Source: Octopus sinensis (taxonomy: Eukaryota). Taken from it: a DNA stretch of 64,000 bases. A program made the position numbers and the translations under genes. Positions 25,759-38,084 of this stretch are shown here, one piece after another; position 1 is the first letter of the stretch, and the number at the start of each line of letters is the position of its first letter. Under the pieces are notes generated by a model. It was not told the DNA's origin. It did no database searches and saw nothing but the letters and a program-made list of their open reading frames with translations. The stretch covers positions 79,422,001-79,486,000 of the forward strand of contig NC_043006.1 in NCBI RefSeq assembly GCF_006345805.1, in the 5' to 3' direction.

Positions 25759-25789
<31 letters not shown>

Positions 25790-25790
<1 letters not shown>

Positions 25791-26075
25791 GAGTGGCTGT
25801 GTACTAAGTAGCTTGCTTACCAACCATATGGTTCCGGTTTCAGTCCCACTGTGTGGCACCTGAGGCAAGTGTCTGTGTGTGTGTGTGTGTGTTGTTTGTC
25901 CCCGCACCATCACTTGACAACCAATGTTGGTTTAGCAGTTCAGCAAAAGCAACTGATAGAATAAGTACTAGGCTTACAAAGAATAAGTCCTGGGGTTGAT
26001 TTGTTCGACTAAAGGCAGTGCTCCAGCATGGCCACAGTCAAATGGCTGAAACAAGTAACAAAGTAAGAGTAAAAG
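25790..26075 (+). mobile_element. SINE family A (internally deleted)
   Basis: Head and tail present. Confidence 0.8.
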
Positions 26076-26091
26076 AATATATATACATACA

Positions 26092-26963
26092 CAGGGGGCG
26101 ATGGGTAAATTGTTGCCATTTTATATTTTTAATTTCACACATGCGTATTGTTAGCTTTTGATTCTGTCAACTACACAGTATAGTAGGGTCAGTTGGGCAC
26201 CATCTGTGAGAAAAACAGCACCATGATGCAATTCACTGTCAGAAATTTGAAAACAACATGCTGTACCGCTTGGCATTCACACCGGAAGCTCCAATATGAA
26301 CATTTCAGAATGTTTGGGTGTCAATCTGAAGAAGGTGCAATCTGAAGACATGTACCAAAAGTGATAAAAATCAAACATCCAGTCAACATCATGGTGTTTG
26401 GAGTGATCACTAATGATGGCAACGTTATGCCTCCGTTCATCTTCCCACATGGCCTCAGACTCAATGCAGAAGCCTACATCAAGTGCTTGGAAGAGGTAGT
26501 GCTGCTCTGGGTCAAGAGAGTGGCCGCTGGAAGATCCTATGTCTGGTAACAGGACTCTACACCATGCCACACAAGCAAGACAACACAGTCATGGCTGTCA
26601 GACAATTTCTGAAACCACATCACCTGTAACTTCTGGCCACCTAACTCCTCAGAATGCAACCCCTTTCATTATTAAATGTGGGGCACAGTTGAGCAAGAGA
26701 CACACAAAACTCCTTGTAACATCAAAGATGAACTGAAGGCAACGATTATGGCAGCCTTCATCAACCTAAACAAGGAGACCATCCAGAAGAGTTGCAGGAG
26801 ATTCTGAAGTCGTCTGGAGGCTGTGGTTGAAGCCAATGGCAATTTTATTGAATAGATTTACTCTTTAGTATTTCAAGATATTTTTATGTAATTTTGGTAT
26901 CTGTTAAAATGAGATGTCAGTGTTATTTTCATTTTTGCGTAACAGTTTATTCAGCGCACCCTG
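26092..26963 (+). mobile_element. Decayed Tc1/mariner transposon (maT/DD37D-like)
   Basis: Residual transposase HPVNIMVFGVITNDGNVMPPFIFPHGLRLNAEAYIKCLEEVV...W*QDSTPCH...FWPPNSSECNP...RLEAVVEANG. Imperfect TIRs (cagggggcgatgggtaaattgtt / rc cagggtgcgctgaataaactgtt) with TA outside the right end. Confidence 0.85.
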
Positions 26964-27172
26964 TATATATATATATATATATAATATTTTAAATCTTTTA
27001 AATTCGTTTATAGGAAACGTTTTGAATATGCAAATAAACTCTTATTCCATTATGCCAGCCACAGTCTAATGGTGCTGACTGATGAACCATTTTTTTGCAG
27101 TAGCATCTAGCTGTACCAATATAATGTAGGATAAATATAGTAATAATAACAATAATCCTTGGAAGACCTTAA

Positions 27173-27394
27173 CCCTTTCGTTACCATACTTATTTTGAAA
27201 TGCTCTGTGTTTCTTTCAATTAATTTTAAATGTAACAAAGAATTTAGTAAAATAACTTAGTTATCATTAAGCTAGTGTTAGGAACATAAATTGTGATCAA
27301 GGTTTGGTGAATGATTTTAATTCAAAACTTATGAAAACATGACATTTGTACAATATAGCCAGAGGCGGTTTCAGCTGGGTTAGTATCGAAAGGG
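27173..27394. mobile_element. piggyBac-like MITE, second family (TTAA TSD)
   Basis: TTAA|ccctttcgttacc ... gttagtatcgaaaggg|TTAA. Confidence 0.75.
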
Positions 27395-27468
27395 TTAAGA
27401 GATGTGTGATTTGTGGAAACACATTAAAATATTTATAAATTCAATCCAAGGATCATTGTTATTATTAC

Positions 27469-27500
<32 letters not shown>

Positions 27501-27501
<1 letters not shown>

Positions 27502-27786
27502 GCGCCCTTTCCAAGCCTAGCCAGGCTCATGGGCCCCAGTTTCTATAGCAAATGTGTTCCCCCCAGCTGGACAGGTCGCCAGTCATTCGCAGCATTACTC
27601 AAGAAGCAAGAAGAAAGAGTAAGAAAAAGTCGGGGTGAAAGAGTACAACAGGGGTCGCCACCACACCCTGCTGGAGCCTCGTGGAGCTTTAGGTGTTTTC
27701 GCTCAATAAACACACACAACACCCGGTCTGGTAATCGAAACCGTGATCCTCCGACCATGAGTCTGCTGCCCTAACCACTAGACCAG
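27501..27786 (-). mobile_element. tRNA-derived SINE, family D (V-domain-like body)
   Basis: Minus strand: TGGTCTAGTGG A box, GGTTTCGATTACC B-box-like motif, and body ctgcgaatgactggcgacctgtccag resembling the V-SINE domain as I recall it. Confidence 0.65.
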
Positions 27787-27804
27787 TGTGTGTGTGTGTG
27801 TGTG

Positions 27805-27842
<38 letters not shown>

Positions 27843-27965
27843 TTCTTTTATTCTTTTACTTGTTTCAGTCATTTGAATGCAGCCATGCTGGAGCACACTT
27901 TTACTACCAGAGACTATCTTTGATTCTATGATAAAAACTTCCCATTTTGAAATGATCTATATTAA

Positions 27966-28190
27966 CCCTTTAGGATTCAGATTACTCTGTCAAATGTAAT
28001 CCTTATTTATTCACATTGCTTTGAATTAAACATGCATTATCTTGTAACTCTGAGATTTTGTGATGTGGTTGATTTTTTTTCTCTTTTTAGAATGACAGTA
28101 TAGGGTAGATGTGAAAGGTTTGAAATGGCCAGTTTGGACATAAAAGTGGTAGAATATTTGGGCCGGATATGACTGGTTCAAATGTAAAAC
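27966..28190. mobile_element. Degenerate copy of the 931-1149 piggyBac-like MITE
   Basis: TTAA|ccctttaggattcagattactctgtcaaa... is colinear with 931-1149; the right end is decayed. Confidence 0.6.
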
Positions 28191-28249
28191 ACTTAAAAAC
28201 CTTCCATCAAAATTTTATGTTAATTTATGTTCCAAACACCATTGTAATA

Positions 28250-29052
28250 ATGGTTTCAAATTTTGGCACAGAGTCAGCAATTTTGGAAGGGGGGAGGAAG
28301 TCGATTATACCAACCCCAATGTTTAACTGGTATATGTTTAATTGACACCAAAAGGAAGAAAGGCAATCAGCCATGGCAGAATTTGAACTCAGAACATAAA
28401 GACAGACGAAATGCTGCTAAGCATTTTGCCCAGCATGCTAACAGTTCAGCCAACTCAAAACCTTACTCCTGCTGGTTTGAAATTTTGACACAAGGCCAGC
28501 AAGTTCGGGGGAGGTGATAATTACATCGATCCCCAGTGCATAACTGGTACTTAATTTATCGACCCCAAAAGGATGAAAGGCAACGTCAACCTCGGCGGCA
28601 TTTGAACTCAAAACATAAAAACCTGTGAAATACCTATTTCTTTACTACCCACAAGGGGCTAAACACAGAGGGGACAAACAAGGACAGACAAACGGATTAA
28701 GTCGATTACTTCGATCCCAGTGCATAACTGGTACTTAATTTATCGACCCCGAAAGGAGGAAAGGTAAAGTCGACCTCGGCGGAATTTGAACTCAGAACGT
28801 AGCGGCAGATGAAATACCTATTTCTTTACTACCCACAAGGGGCTAAACACAGAGGGGACAAACAAGGACAGACAAACGGATTAAGTCGATTACATCGACC
28901 CCAGTGCATAAGTGGTATTTAATTTATCGACCTCGAAAAGATGAAAGGCAAAGTCAACCTCAGCGGATTTTGAACTCAGAACGTAGTGGCAGACGAAATA
29001 CCACTGAGCATTTTGCCCGGCAATGCTAATGATTCTGCCAGCTCACTGCCTT
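28250..29052 (-). mobile_element. Family-B SINE cluster (single copy plus trimer)
   Basis: Trimer at 28520-29052 with junctions near 28633 and 28818. Confidence 0.85.
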
Positions 29053-29881
29053 ATTCTTGCTAGTGATAATAATAATAATAATAATAACATACAATCTTTC
29101 AGAGTTATTTATTATTTTCAAAATTATATGAAACAAAGGCAGTCTATTTCACCAGAAATGTAACAATGGAAGGTTTAGATATTTCTCAGACAATGACTTT
29201 AATGATGCACATTATGAAAGAAAGCATCTTCATAAGTATCACATCTGTTTAAGATGTCAAGACACCCAGCAACCTCACCTCTTCAAGTAATCATATACAG
29301 TGTGTGCATACGTAAGTGTCATCTTTGGTAAATAACACTTAAAATATGTAGTACCAAGTTAGAAGGCACCACTTAATTCCATTATGCTATAGACAAGAGT
29401 TATAACTACCATATGAAACAAAGCAATTATTTCTATTCTTAGAAGTGTTATGAAAGAACATTTTACACTCAAGGTATCAGTTAAAAAATTTCAATCAAAA
29501 CGGCTAAAGTGTAAACCAATAGTCATGGTTCACTTAGTTTGTGACCCACTCGGTCGATCATCAAAAATCAGTGAGACAGCAGGCATAGGATACACAGCAT
29601 TAACACAAATAACTCACATGCACAGAGACTATGTAGTTTGCTGGCTAATAATCCTTCTGTCTTGAATGAAGGCATAGCTTTCACTATCAATGAATAGTGT
29701 AGCAGCTCTATATCCTCGATACCCAGAGAAGAGGACAGGATTGTCATAGCTGGAACGTTTTTAACCAAAGGGCCCACTTAGTCACAGCTGATCTACGGTT
29801 AGACAGGCAGGGAAAGAGAAGGAAGAATAACAAGGCATGACAACCTGAGTGAAATTAGGATCTGGGTATGGAAGCTGAAAG

Positions 29882-30102
29882 TACAAGGGGGTGCTGAAAA
29901 GTTCCTGGCTTTAAAGGTATTGCAAAAGGCCTGGTTGAAGGCCCAACTTTCTGAGTTCTTTTATACAGGGCTTAGAAAAACTGAAGGACTGCTGCAATAT
30001 GTGTGGGAATCTGAGAGTGGAATATGTTGGATAAATCATAATTAACTGATCCTCCTGTATTTTCTTTTACCCAAAGACAGGAGAATTTCAGCACCTCTCG
30101 TA
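29882..30102 (+). mobile_element. Mariner-derived MITE (TA-flanked)
   Basis: TA-caagggggtgctgaaaagttcctgg ... caggagaatttcagcacctctcg-TA. The interior resembles a mariner C-terminus (GL.KL....C..LR.EYV). Confidence 0.75.
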
Positions 30103-30677
30103 ACTTTACATTAAGAAGTGGAACACAATTTCCTGTAATTCACACCACATCATGGTCCCAACAGACAAAATGGAAATGGCACTGCCTTAGAGAATTGCAA
30201 AGGAGTTGCTATAGAACAGCCACTCTCATTGTCAGTTTAATGTTCCAAATGCTGTGTAAAGTGCAGTTAGTAGAAAAAAAATCCAGAGTAAATTAAAACC
30301 TCATGTTATAACATTTCATTTAGGACGGCGGCAAGCCAGCAGACATGTTAGCGCGCCGGGTGAAATGCTTAGCGGTATTTCATCTGTCGTTATGTTCTGA
30401 GTTCAAATTCCACCAAGGTTGACTTTGCCTTTCATCTTTTCGGGGTCAATGAAATAAGTACCAGTTACACACTGGAGTCAATGAAATCGACTATCCCCCT
30501 CCCCCTAATTTCAGGCCTTGTGCCTATAGTAGAAAAGGAAGAACATCCAGTCACAGAAAAACCTGCCTCAACAAACTCCATCTGGCCCATTCAAGCTTGG
30601 AAAAGTAGATATTAAGATGATGATGATGATGATGATGAGGCATACCTCGCCCCCCCCACACACACATATATAGTTGC

Positions 30678-31050
30678 AGGTGTGGCTGAGTGGTAAGAAG
30701 CTTGCTTCCCAACCACATAGTTCCAGGTTCAGTCCTACAGCATGGCATCTCAGGTAAGTATCTTCCTAGAATAGCCTCAGGCCAACCAAAGCCTTGCGAG
30801 TGGATTTGAAAGAGGGAAACTGAAAGAAGCCCATTGTATATATTCCTGTGTATATGTCCTTGTTTGTCCCCCACCACTGCTTGACAACCAGTGTTGGTAT
30901 GTCTACATCTCAATAACTTAGCAGTTCAGCCAAAAGAACTGATAGAATAAATACTAGAATAAGTACTTGGAGTCGATGTGTTCAACTGAAATCCTTCAAG
31001 GTAGTGCCTCAGCATGGCCACAGTCAAATGACTGAAAAAAGATAAAAGAT
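30678..31050 (+). mobile_element. SINE family A
   Basis: Colinear with 1779-2153. Confidence 0.85.
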
Positions 31051-31054
31051 ATAT

Positions 31055-32145
31055 TCTTTTTCACTCTAGGTACAAAGCCCAAAATGGGGGGGGGGGGGCA
31101 GTCGATTAGATCGACTCCAGTATGCAACTGGTACTTAATTTATCAACCCTAAAAGGATGAAAGGTGAAATCGACCTCGGCAGAATTTGAACTCAGAACGT
31201 AAAGACAGACAAAATACCGCTAAGCATTTCACCCAGCGTGCTAACGTTTCTGCCAGATCGCTGCCTTACAAAATTCTACAATATTCTTTTCTACTCTAAG
31301 CACAAGGCCTGAAATTTTGTGGGGAGAGGGGCCAGTTGATTAGATTGACCCCAATACACAAATTTATCGACCCCAAAAGGATGAAAAGCAAAGTCGACCT
31401 CAGCAGAATTTGATCTCAGAACATAAAGACAGATGAAATACTGCTAAGCATTTTGCCTGGTATGCTAATGTTTCTTATATCTTTATTGCCCACAAGGGGC
31501 TACACACAGAGGGTTAAAATATGGCAGACAAGGGGATTAAGTCAATTACATTGACCCCCAGTGCATAACTGCTACTTAATTTATCGACCCCGAAAGGATG
31601 AAAAGCAAAGTCGACCTCAGCAGAATTTGAACTCAGAACATAAAGACAGATGAAATACTGCTAAGCATTTTGCCTGGTGTGCTAATGTTTCTTATTTCTT
31701 TATTGCCCACAAGGGGCTAAACATAGAGGGGACAAACAAGGACAGACAAAGGGATTAAGTCAATTACATTGACCTCCAGTGCATAACTGCTACTTAATTT
31801 ATCGACCCCGAAAGGATGAAAAGCAAAGTCGACCTCAGCAGAATTTGAACTCAGAACATAAGACAGATGAAATACTGCTAAGCATTTTGCCTGGTGTGCT
31901 AATGTTTCTTATTTCTTTATTGCCCACAAGGGGCTAAACATAGAGGGGACAAACAAGGACAGACAAAGGGATTAAGTCAATTACATTGACCTCCAGTGCA
32001 TAACTGCTACTTATTTAATCGACCCCGAAAGGATGAAAAGCAAAGTCGACCTCGGCGGAATTTGAACTCAGAACGTAAAGGCGGACAAAATACTGCTAAG
32101 CATTTCGCCTGGTGTGCTAACGTTTCTGCCAGCTTGCTGCCTTAA
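31055..32145 (-). mobile_element. Head-to-tail array of five family-B SINE units
   Basis: Repeated junction gctaatgtttctt|atttctttattgccc near 31476, 31693 and 31910; the units share private variants. Confidence 0.9.
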
Positions 32146-33114
32146 AATAAAAGATTTATTGATTGAATGGCAATGTTATCTCTGACTGTGACTGATATAC
32201 AATAAATAAATATGTTTAAAAATAAACTTATGCCTTGCCATAACATTTCTTAAAAATCTGGATTTTGGTGGCGTTCACCGGCAGAATTCTTTGCCATATA
32301 ACTAATTCCAGGCTTTATATAAGTCAAATAGCGAAAAGCCTACACCACCATTACTACTACTGCTGCTACCACCACCACCACTACTACTACTACTAGCTTC
32401 TGTATGACACCACAAGTCCCAAGAATAGTATCCAGACTGAAGTGACCTTATGCGAAAATTAGTCAATTCAAATGCTCCTATTTACGATCAGCGCTATAGG
32501 TTTATGTAGCAAGTTGTTTACTGCTGCACAGACTCTTCATTCGGCTGACATATCCCAATTGGAAAAAAAAAATGGGGTACAGAATGGTATTTTAATACAT
32601 GTACACCCTCATATGGACTTTATATGTCAAACCTTTTTCGGAATGCACAAGATATGTAGAGACACAATGAAATTACAGATATTTGGCTAATAATAGATTT
32701 ATATCTAATTACTGAAAAAAGCAAAATAATAAAATAGAATAAGACATTTGCAGCTTTGCAGTGGTTAGGGTATATTAGTGATATAAGGTCATCTGGCAGC
32801 AAAAACTCGTTTTAAATATTTATCAAAGAACCGCGTCCAAGACAAAACTCAATGACAGACGTCTTTATCATTTGAATTATCTTTAAGGGGACAAGCTGGC
32901 AGAACTGTTAGCATGCCGGGCAAAAAGCATTTTGTCCATCTTTATGTTCTGAGTTCAAATTCCACTGAAGTAGACTTTGCTTTTCATTCTTTCGAGAGTC
33001 AATGAAATAAGTACCAGTTACGCACTGGGGTCAATGTAATTGATTAGCCACCACCACTCAAAATTTCAGGCCTTGTGCCTAAATTAGAAAGGATTATTTG
33101 TATTATTTTTATAT

Positions 33115-33910
33115 CCTTTATCTTTTACTTGTTTCAAATTATTAGACTGTGGCCATGCTAGGACACCGCCTTCAAGAATTTTAGTCACAATTTGACCCCA
33201 GTACTTATTCTATGTTTTTTTTGTTTTTTTTATGCCTGATACTTATTCTATCAGTCTATTTTGCCAATCTGCTAAGTTACAGTGACATAAACACACCAGC
33301 ACCGTTTTGCCAAGCAGTGGTGGGAGACAAACACAGACACACAAACACACACACGACAGGCTTCTTTCAGTTTCCATCTACCAAATCAACTCAAGGTTTT
33401 GGTTATCCTGAGGTGGTACACCCAACAACCGATCAAAAAGTGTATTAATTTAACTGATAGCATATTACTAATTAAGATGTTATATGCATTAGATCTTTTA
33501 TCGTTTACTAGTTTCAGTTATTTGACTGTGGGCATGCTGGGTACCACCTTAAATGGCTTTAGTCAAACAAATCAAACCCAGGACCTATTTCTTTTTAACC
33601 TTAATACTTATTCTATTGATCACTTTCGCTGAACTGCTAAGTTATGGGGACATAAACATACCAACACTGGTTGTCAAGCAAAGGTGAGGGACAAACACAG
33701 ATGCAAGGACACACAGACAAACAGGCATACAGACAGATAGATATGACAGGCTTCTTTCGGTTTCTGTCTATCAAACCCACTCAGAAGTCTTTGGTCAGAC
33801 TGAGGCTATAGTAGAAGACACTTGCCCAAGGTGCCATACAGTGGGACTGAACTCAGAGCCATGAGATTGCGAAGCAAATTTCTTACCACATAGCTACACC
33901 TGCACCTACA
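33115..33910 (-). mobile_element. Two adjacent family-A SINEs (one truncated, one with the 3' extension)
   Basis: About 33115-33410 and 33411-33910. Confidence 0.8.
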
Positions 33911-34430
33911 TATTTATTTATTTATTTTTTCCATTCAAAGAACCTGGGATGGGGGGGGGGGGGTAATGCTCAAGTCAAACACATCTCGTTAATTGATAAT
34001 TGTCTTTCGGTTCAATTCACATCAGAAAGAGAAAGATGACTTTTTTGCCTTTCATCCTTGAAACATTAAAATTAATGATGAGATAATGTTAATGCTTCTG
34101 AGGGCTAACCTAAATGACTAACCAAGCCTCAACCTTACAGAACTGTTTAACCAGATATAATCTTTACTTATTCAAACGCAACAGAGTTAGTGTAAAGGTT
34201 AGACCGGCTGAGCTGAGCTAAATGGTTAATGATTCTCTAAAAAGAGCTGCACTGACAAAATGAATCAGACAAAGTACTGGAACATCAACTCACAGATCAT
34301 GTCATTTTATTTTGGGGTTTTTTTTTTTTTTACTTGTTTCAATTATTAGACTGTGGCCAAGCTGGGGCACTGCTTTTGAAGAAATTTCAGTCAAAGGATT
34401 GACCCCCCCCTCAGTAGTTATTTTTTGAAG

Positions 34431-34928
34431 TAGGAGTGGCTGTGTGGTAAGTAGCTTGCTTACGTACCACATAGTTCCGTGTTCAGTCCCACTGCGTGGC
34501 ACCTTGGGCAAAGTATCTTCTACTATAGTCTCGGGCCGACCAAAGCCTTGTGAGTGGATTTGGTAGACAGAAACTGAAAGAAGCCCATCGTATATATGTG
34601 TATGTGTATATGTATGTATGTATGTGTGTGTGTGTATGTGTGTGTGTGTGTGGTGTGTATGTATGTATGTATGTATGTATGTGTGTATGTATGTATGTGT
34701 GTATGTATGTATGTGTGTATATGTTTGTGTATCTGTGTTTGTCCCCCCCAACATTGCTTGACAACCGATGCTGGTGTGTTTACATCCCCGTAACTTAGCA
34801 GTTCAGCAAAAGAGCCCAATAGAATAAGTACTGGGCTTACAAAGAATAAGTCCTGGGGTCGATTTGCTTGACTAAAAGGCGGTGCTCCAGCATGGCCACA
34901 GTCAAATGACCGAAACAAGTAAAAGAGT
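34431..34928 (+). mobile_element. SINE family A with an expanded internal microsatellite
   Basis: Near-consensus copy. Confidence 0.9.
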
Positions 34929-35374
34929 AATTATTCTATCCATTTTTCATACAGCCTGTTTCTTGAAAAAGTTGCCCAGACCTGATGTAAATATTGGTTT
35001 CAGGTTTTGGCACAAGGCCAGTGATTTCAAGGGAGGGGGGGAGTCGATTACATCAATCCCAATATTCAACAGGCTTTTACTTTACTGACCCCGAAAGAAT
35101 GCAAGACAAAGTCAAGCCCGGTGGTATTTGAAATGAGAACATTAAACCGGAAGAAATGCCACAAAGCATTTTTCCCAGCACAGTAACGAGTCTGCCAGCT
35201 CGCCACCTGAGGTCTGCTGTAAGTGTTGATACAGTGCCATTGTACTGCTTCACACTAGTTAATCCAAAATTCTTTAATCATTATAATCATCATTTTCGGT
35301 GTAGAATTTAAAAACTTGAGCAACAGTGTTAAAAAATAGATCTTTGCGGATATTTGCCTGTAATGTATATAATA

Positions 35375-35786
35375 CTAGCAGTATCGCCCGGCGTTGCTTG
35401 GGTTTGTAAGGGAAATAACTATATAAGCATTTATATATAACTATATAAGCAGTTATAGCCCAAAAATAGCAAAAAAATGCATTAAAAATGGGAAAAAAAT
35501 TATGGTAAATTTTTTTTTAAATCGTTGACTCATCGTAGACATTTTTAGAGAGTTACTTCCCTTATATAATAGCGAAAAAATGCATTAAAATGGAAAAAAA
35601 GGATGGTAAATTTTTTTTTAAATCGTAGACTCATCGTAGACGCGCGTAATACCCAGAAGGGCTCGATATGAATCACGACTATAAGATACCCGGTTTTGGT
35701 TAAACTGCACCGCAAAATGTGGGAGTAGTTAGGAATCTAAATCGTAGGAGACAGACAGCACAAAACCTCTCTTTTATATATAAAGA
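35375..35786 (-). mobile_element. Non-autonomous Helitron
   Basis: On the minus strand: A|TCTTTATATATAAAAG 5' end and ...cccaagcaacgccgggcgatactgCTAG|T 3' end with a subterminal hairpin. Contains an internal ~70-bp duplication. Confidence 0.8.
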
Positions 35787-36014
35787 TTTACTTCTTATGT
35801 CAATGTGGTACGGAAAAGGTTTTTCAAAAACTAATAGAATTTATGGCAGTAAACATCCTGGTTATTATCATCCAAGGAATTAATTTGGAAAAAGAAGTGA
35901 AAGAAAAGAAACAGATACAGTTACACAGAAATTTTCATTTTCCAACTAGTTCAGATTGCCAGGAAAACTTAATATGTATATATATAAGTATAAGGTGTGT
36001 TATGAACATTTACA

Positions 36015-36931
36015 GAACCACACTCGGCAGAGTGTAAGTACCTTGAGAGAAAAGCTGGACCTAAGAAGCATCAGTTGTGGTGTGCAAGAGAGACGTTTGC
36101 GCTGGTATGGTCATGTGGCGAGAATGGATGAAGATAGTTGTGTGAAAAAGTGCCACACCCTAGCGGTTGAGGGAACCTGTGGAAGAGGCAGACCCAGGAA
36201 AACCTGGGACGAGGTGGTGAAGCACGACCTTCGAACTTTAGGTCTCACTGAGGAAATGACTAGAGACCGAGACCTCTGGAAGTGTGCTGTGCGCGAGAAG
36301 ACCCGGCAGGACAAGTGAGTCCATAACCCGTGGCCTTCTACATGGGATGGAGCCAGCCTACGTATGCATACCTTCCCTTCTTGGGACACAAAACTTTACT
36401 TGTGAAGACGTGTTGAGGCAAGTGAGGATCAGAATCGAAATCGATCAATGGAAATTGCGGATGTGCTACCAGTGCCAGTGGCATGTCGAAACTCTGCTTG
36501 TGAAGACCCGTTGAGGCAAGTGAGGATCAGAATCGAAATCGATCAATGGAAATCGATCAATGGAAATTGCAGATATGTTACCAGTGCCGGTGGCATGTAA
36601 GAGAACTTTCCATTTCGCGACCGTTGCCAGCACCGCCCCGTTTCGTGTCCGTTGCCAGCCTCACCTGGCCCTCGTGCCGGTGGCACATAAAAAGCACCAT
36701 CCGTTCGTGGCCGTTTGCCAGCTCTGTCTGGCACCAGTGCGGGTGGCACGTAAAAAGCACCCACTACACTCACGGAGTGGTTGGCGTTAGGAAGGGCATC
36801 CAGCCGTAGAAACACTGCCAGATTTGACTGGGCCTGATGAAGCCTTCTGGCTTCACAGACCCCAGTAGAACCGTCCAACCCATGCTAGCATGGAAAACGG
36901 ACGCTAAACGATGATGATGATGATGATGATG
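36015..36931 (+). mobile_element. RTE-clade LINE 3' fragment: RT C-terminus, ~600-bp modular 3' UTR, (GAT)n tail
   Basis: ERRLRWYGHVARMDEDSCVKKC...VEGTCGRGRPRKTWDEVVKHDL...DRDLWK (stop at 36318) is the canonical RTE C-terminus. It continues into the abundant '...ccatgctagcatggaaaacggacgctaaac(gat)n' repeat. Confidence 0.9.
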
Positions 36932-36933
36932 TA

Positions 36934-37098
36934 TAGGTGCAGGAGTGGCTGTGTGGTAAGTAGCTTGCTAACCAACCACATGGTTCCGGTTTCAGTCCCA
37001 CTGTGTGGCATCTTGGGCAAGTGTCTTCTGCTATAGCCCCGGGCCGACCAATACCTTGTGAGTAGATTTGGTAGACAGAAACTGAAAGAAGCCTGTCG

Positions 37099-37129
<31 letters not shown>

Positions 37130-37333
37130 ATGTTTTGTGTCTGTGTTTGTCCCCCTAGCATTGCTTGACAACCAATGCTGGTGTGTTTACGTCCCCGACA
37201 CTTAGCGGTTCGGCAAAAGAGACCGATAGAATAAGTACTGGACTTACAAAGAATAAGTCCCGGGGTCGATTTGCTCGACTAAAGGCGGTGCTCCAGCATG
37301 GCCGCAGTCAAATGACTGAAACAAGTAAAAGAG
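36934..37333 (+). mobile_element. SINE family A (young-looking, CpGs intact)
   Basis: Abuts the RTE (GAT)n tail. Confidence 0.9.
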
Positions 37334-37675
37334 TATCCGATAGAAACTCAACAAGCAATTAATATATATACATATATATACACATATATACATACATTTA
37401 TATCCATATATTCATATATATATACAAACATATATATCCATATATTCATATATATACATACACACATATATTTATGATTTAAAATAGGATAAAATCTTTA
37501 TAAGAATTTATCAAGTAGTTAGCGTGAAAAACCTCATAAGAGAAAAATCCACCAATTTTTCTCTTAAATATATTTATTTATATTATATAGAGGGCATTAC
37601 TATACATAAATGCCACACGCCAGGAGGGACTCTTAAAGTCAAAACTACCAAAATAAATATACACATATATATATA

Positions 37676-37731
<56 letters not shown>

Positions 37732-37784
37732 TGTATAGACATATATATATACATATATATACAGAGACATATACATAAATCCTT

Positions 37785-38082
37785 AAAAATGTTTCAGTCC
37801 GAAAGCTGCAGCCATGCTGAGACACCACCATTGAATGTGCCACACTAGTATGTGAAACCACCTCTGATACATGGCACTGTGTCAACAAGGGAGTTCGATG
37901 CCGCTGCCTGCATCTGTGTGTCCTGCCAAGAGGTAGGTTCGTCTGGAACCCCTGACAAGGAGAGATCCAGTTTAGTTTTAAAGAAACCCACATCCACACC
38001 ATGCAGGTTTCTCAGGCATTTAGGAAGGATATTGAAGAGCTGTGGTCCCCTGAAACACAAGCTGTTGCAGTATCTGCTTGCA
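37785..38082 (-). mobile_element. CR1/L2-group LINE 3' fragment (exact clade uncertain)
   Basis: NSLCFRGPQLFNILPKCLRNLHGVDVGFFKTKLDLSLSGVPDEP...AAASNSL (stop at 37845), followed by a short 3' UTR with a stem-loop. Confidence 0.75.
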
Positions 38083-38084
38083 AA

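Noticed and set aside
31055-32145. Regularly spaced repeats resembling a CRISPR array
   Set aside because: The units are contiguous SINE copies with no unique spacers, in eukaryotic DNA with no cas genes.
36834-36856. CTGATGA followed by a hairpin in the RTE 3' UTR as a hammerhead
   Set aside because: There is no GAAA after the stem and no stem I/III; other copies read ctggtgca at this position.
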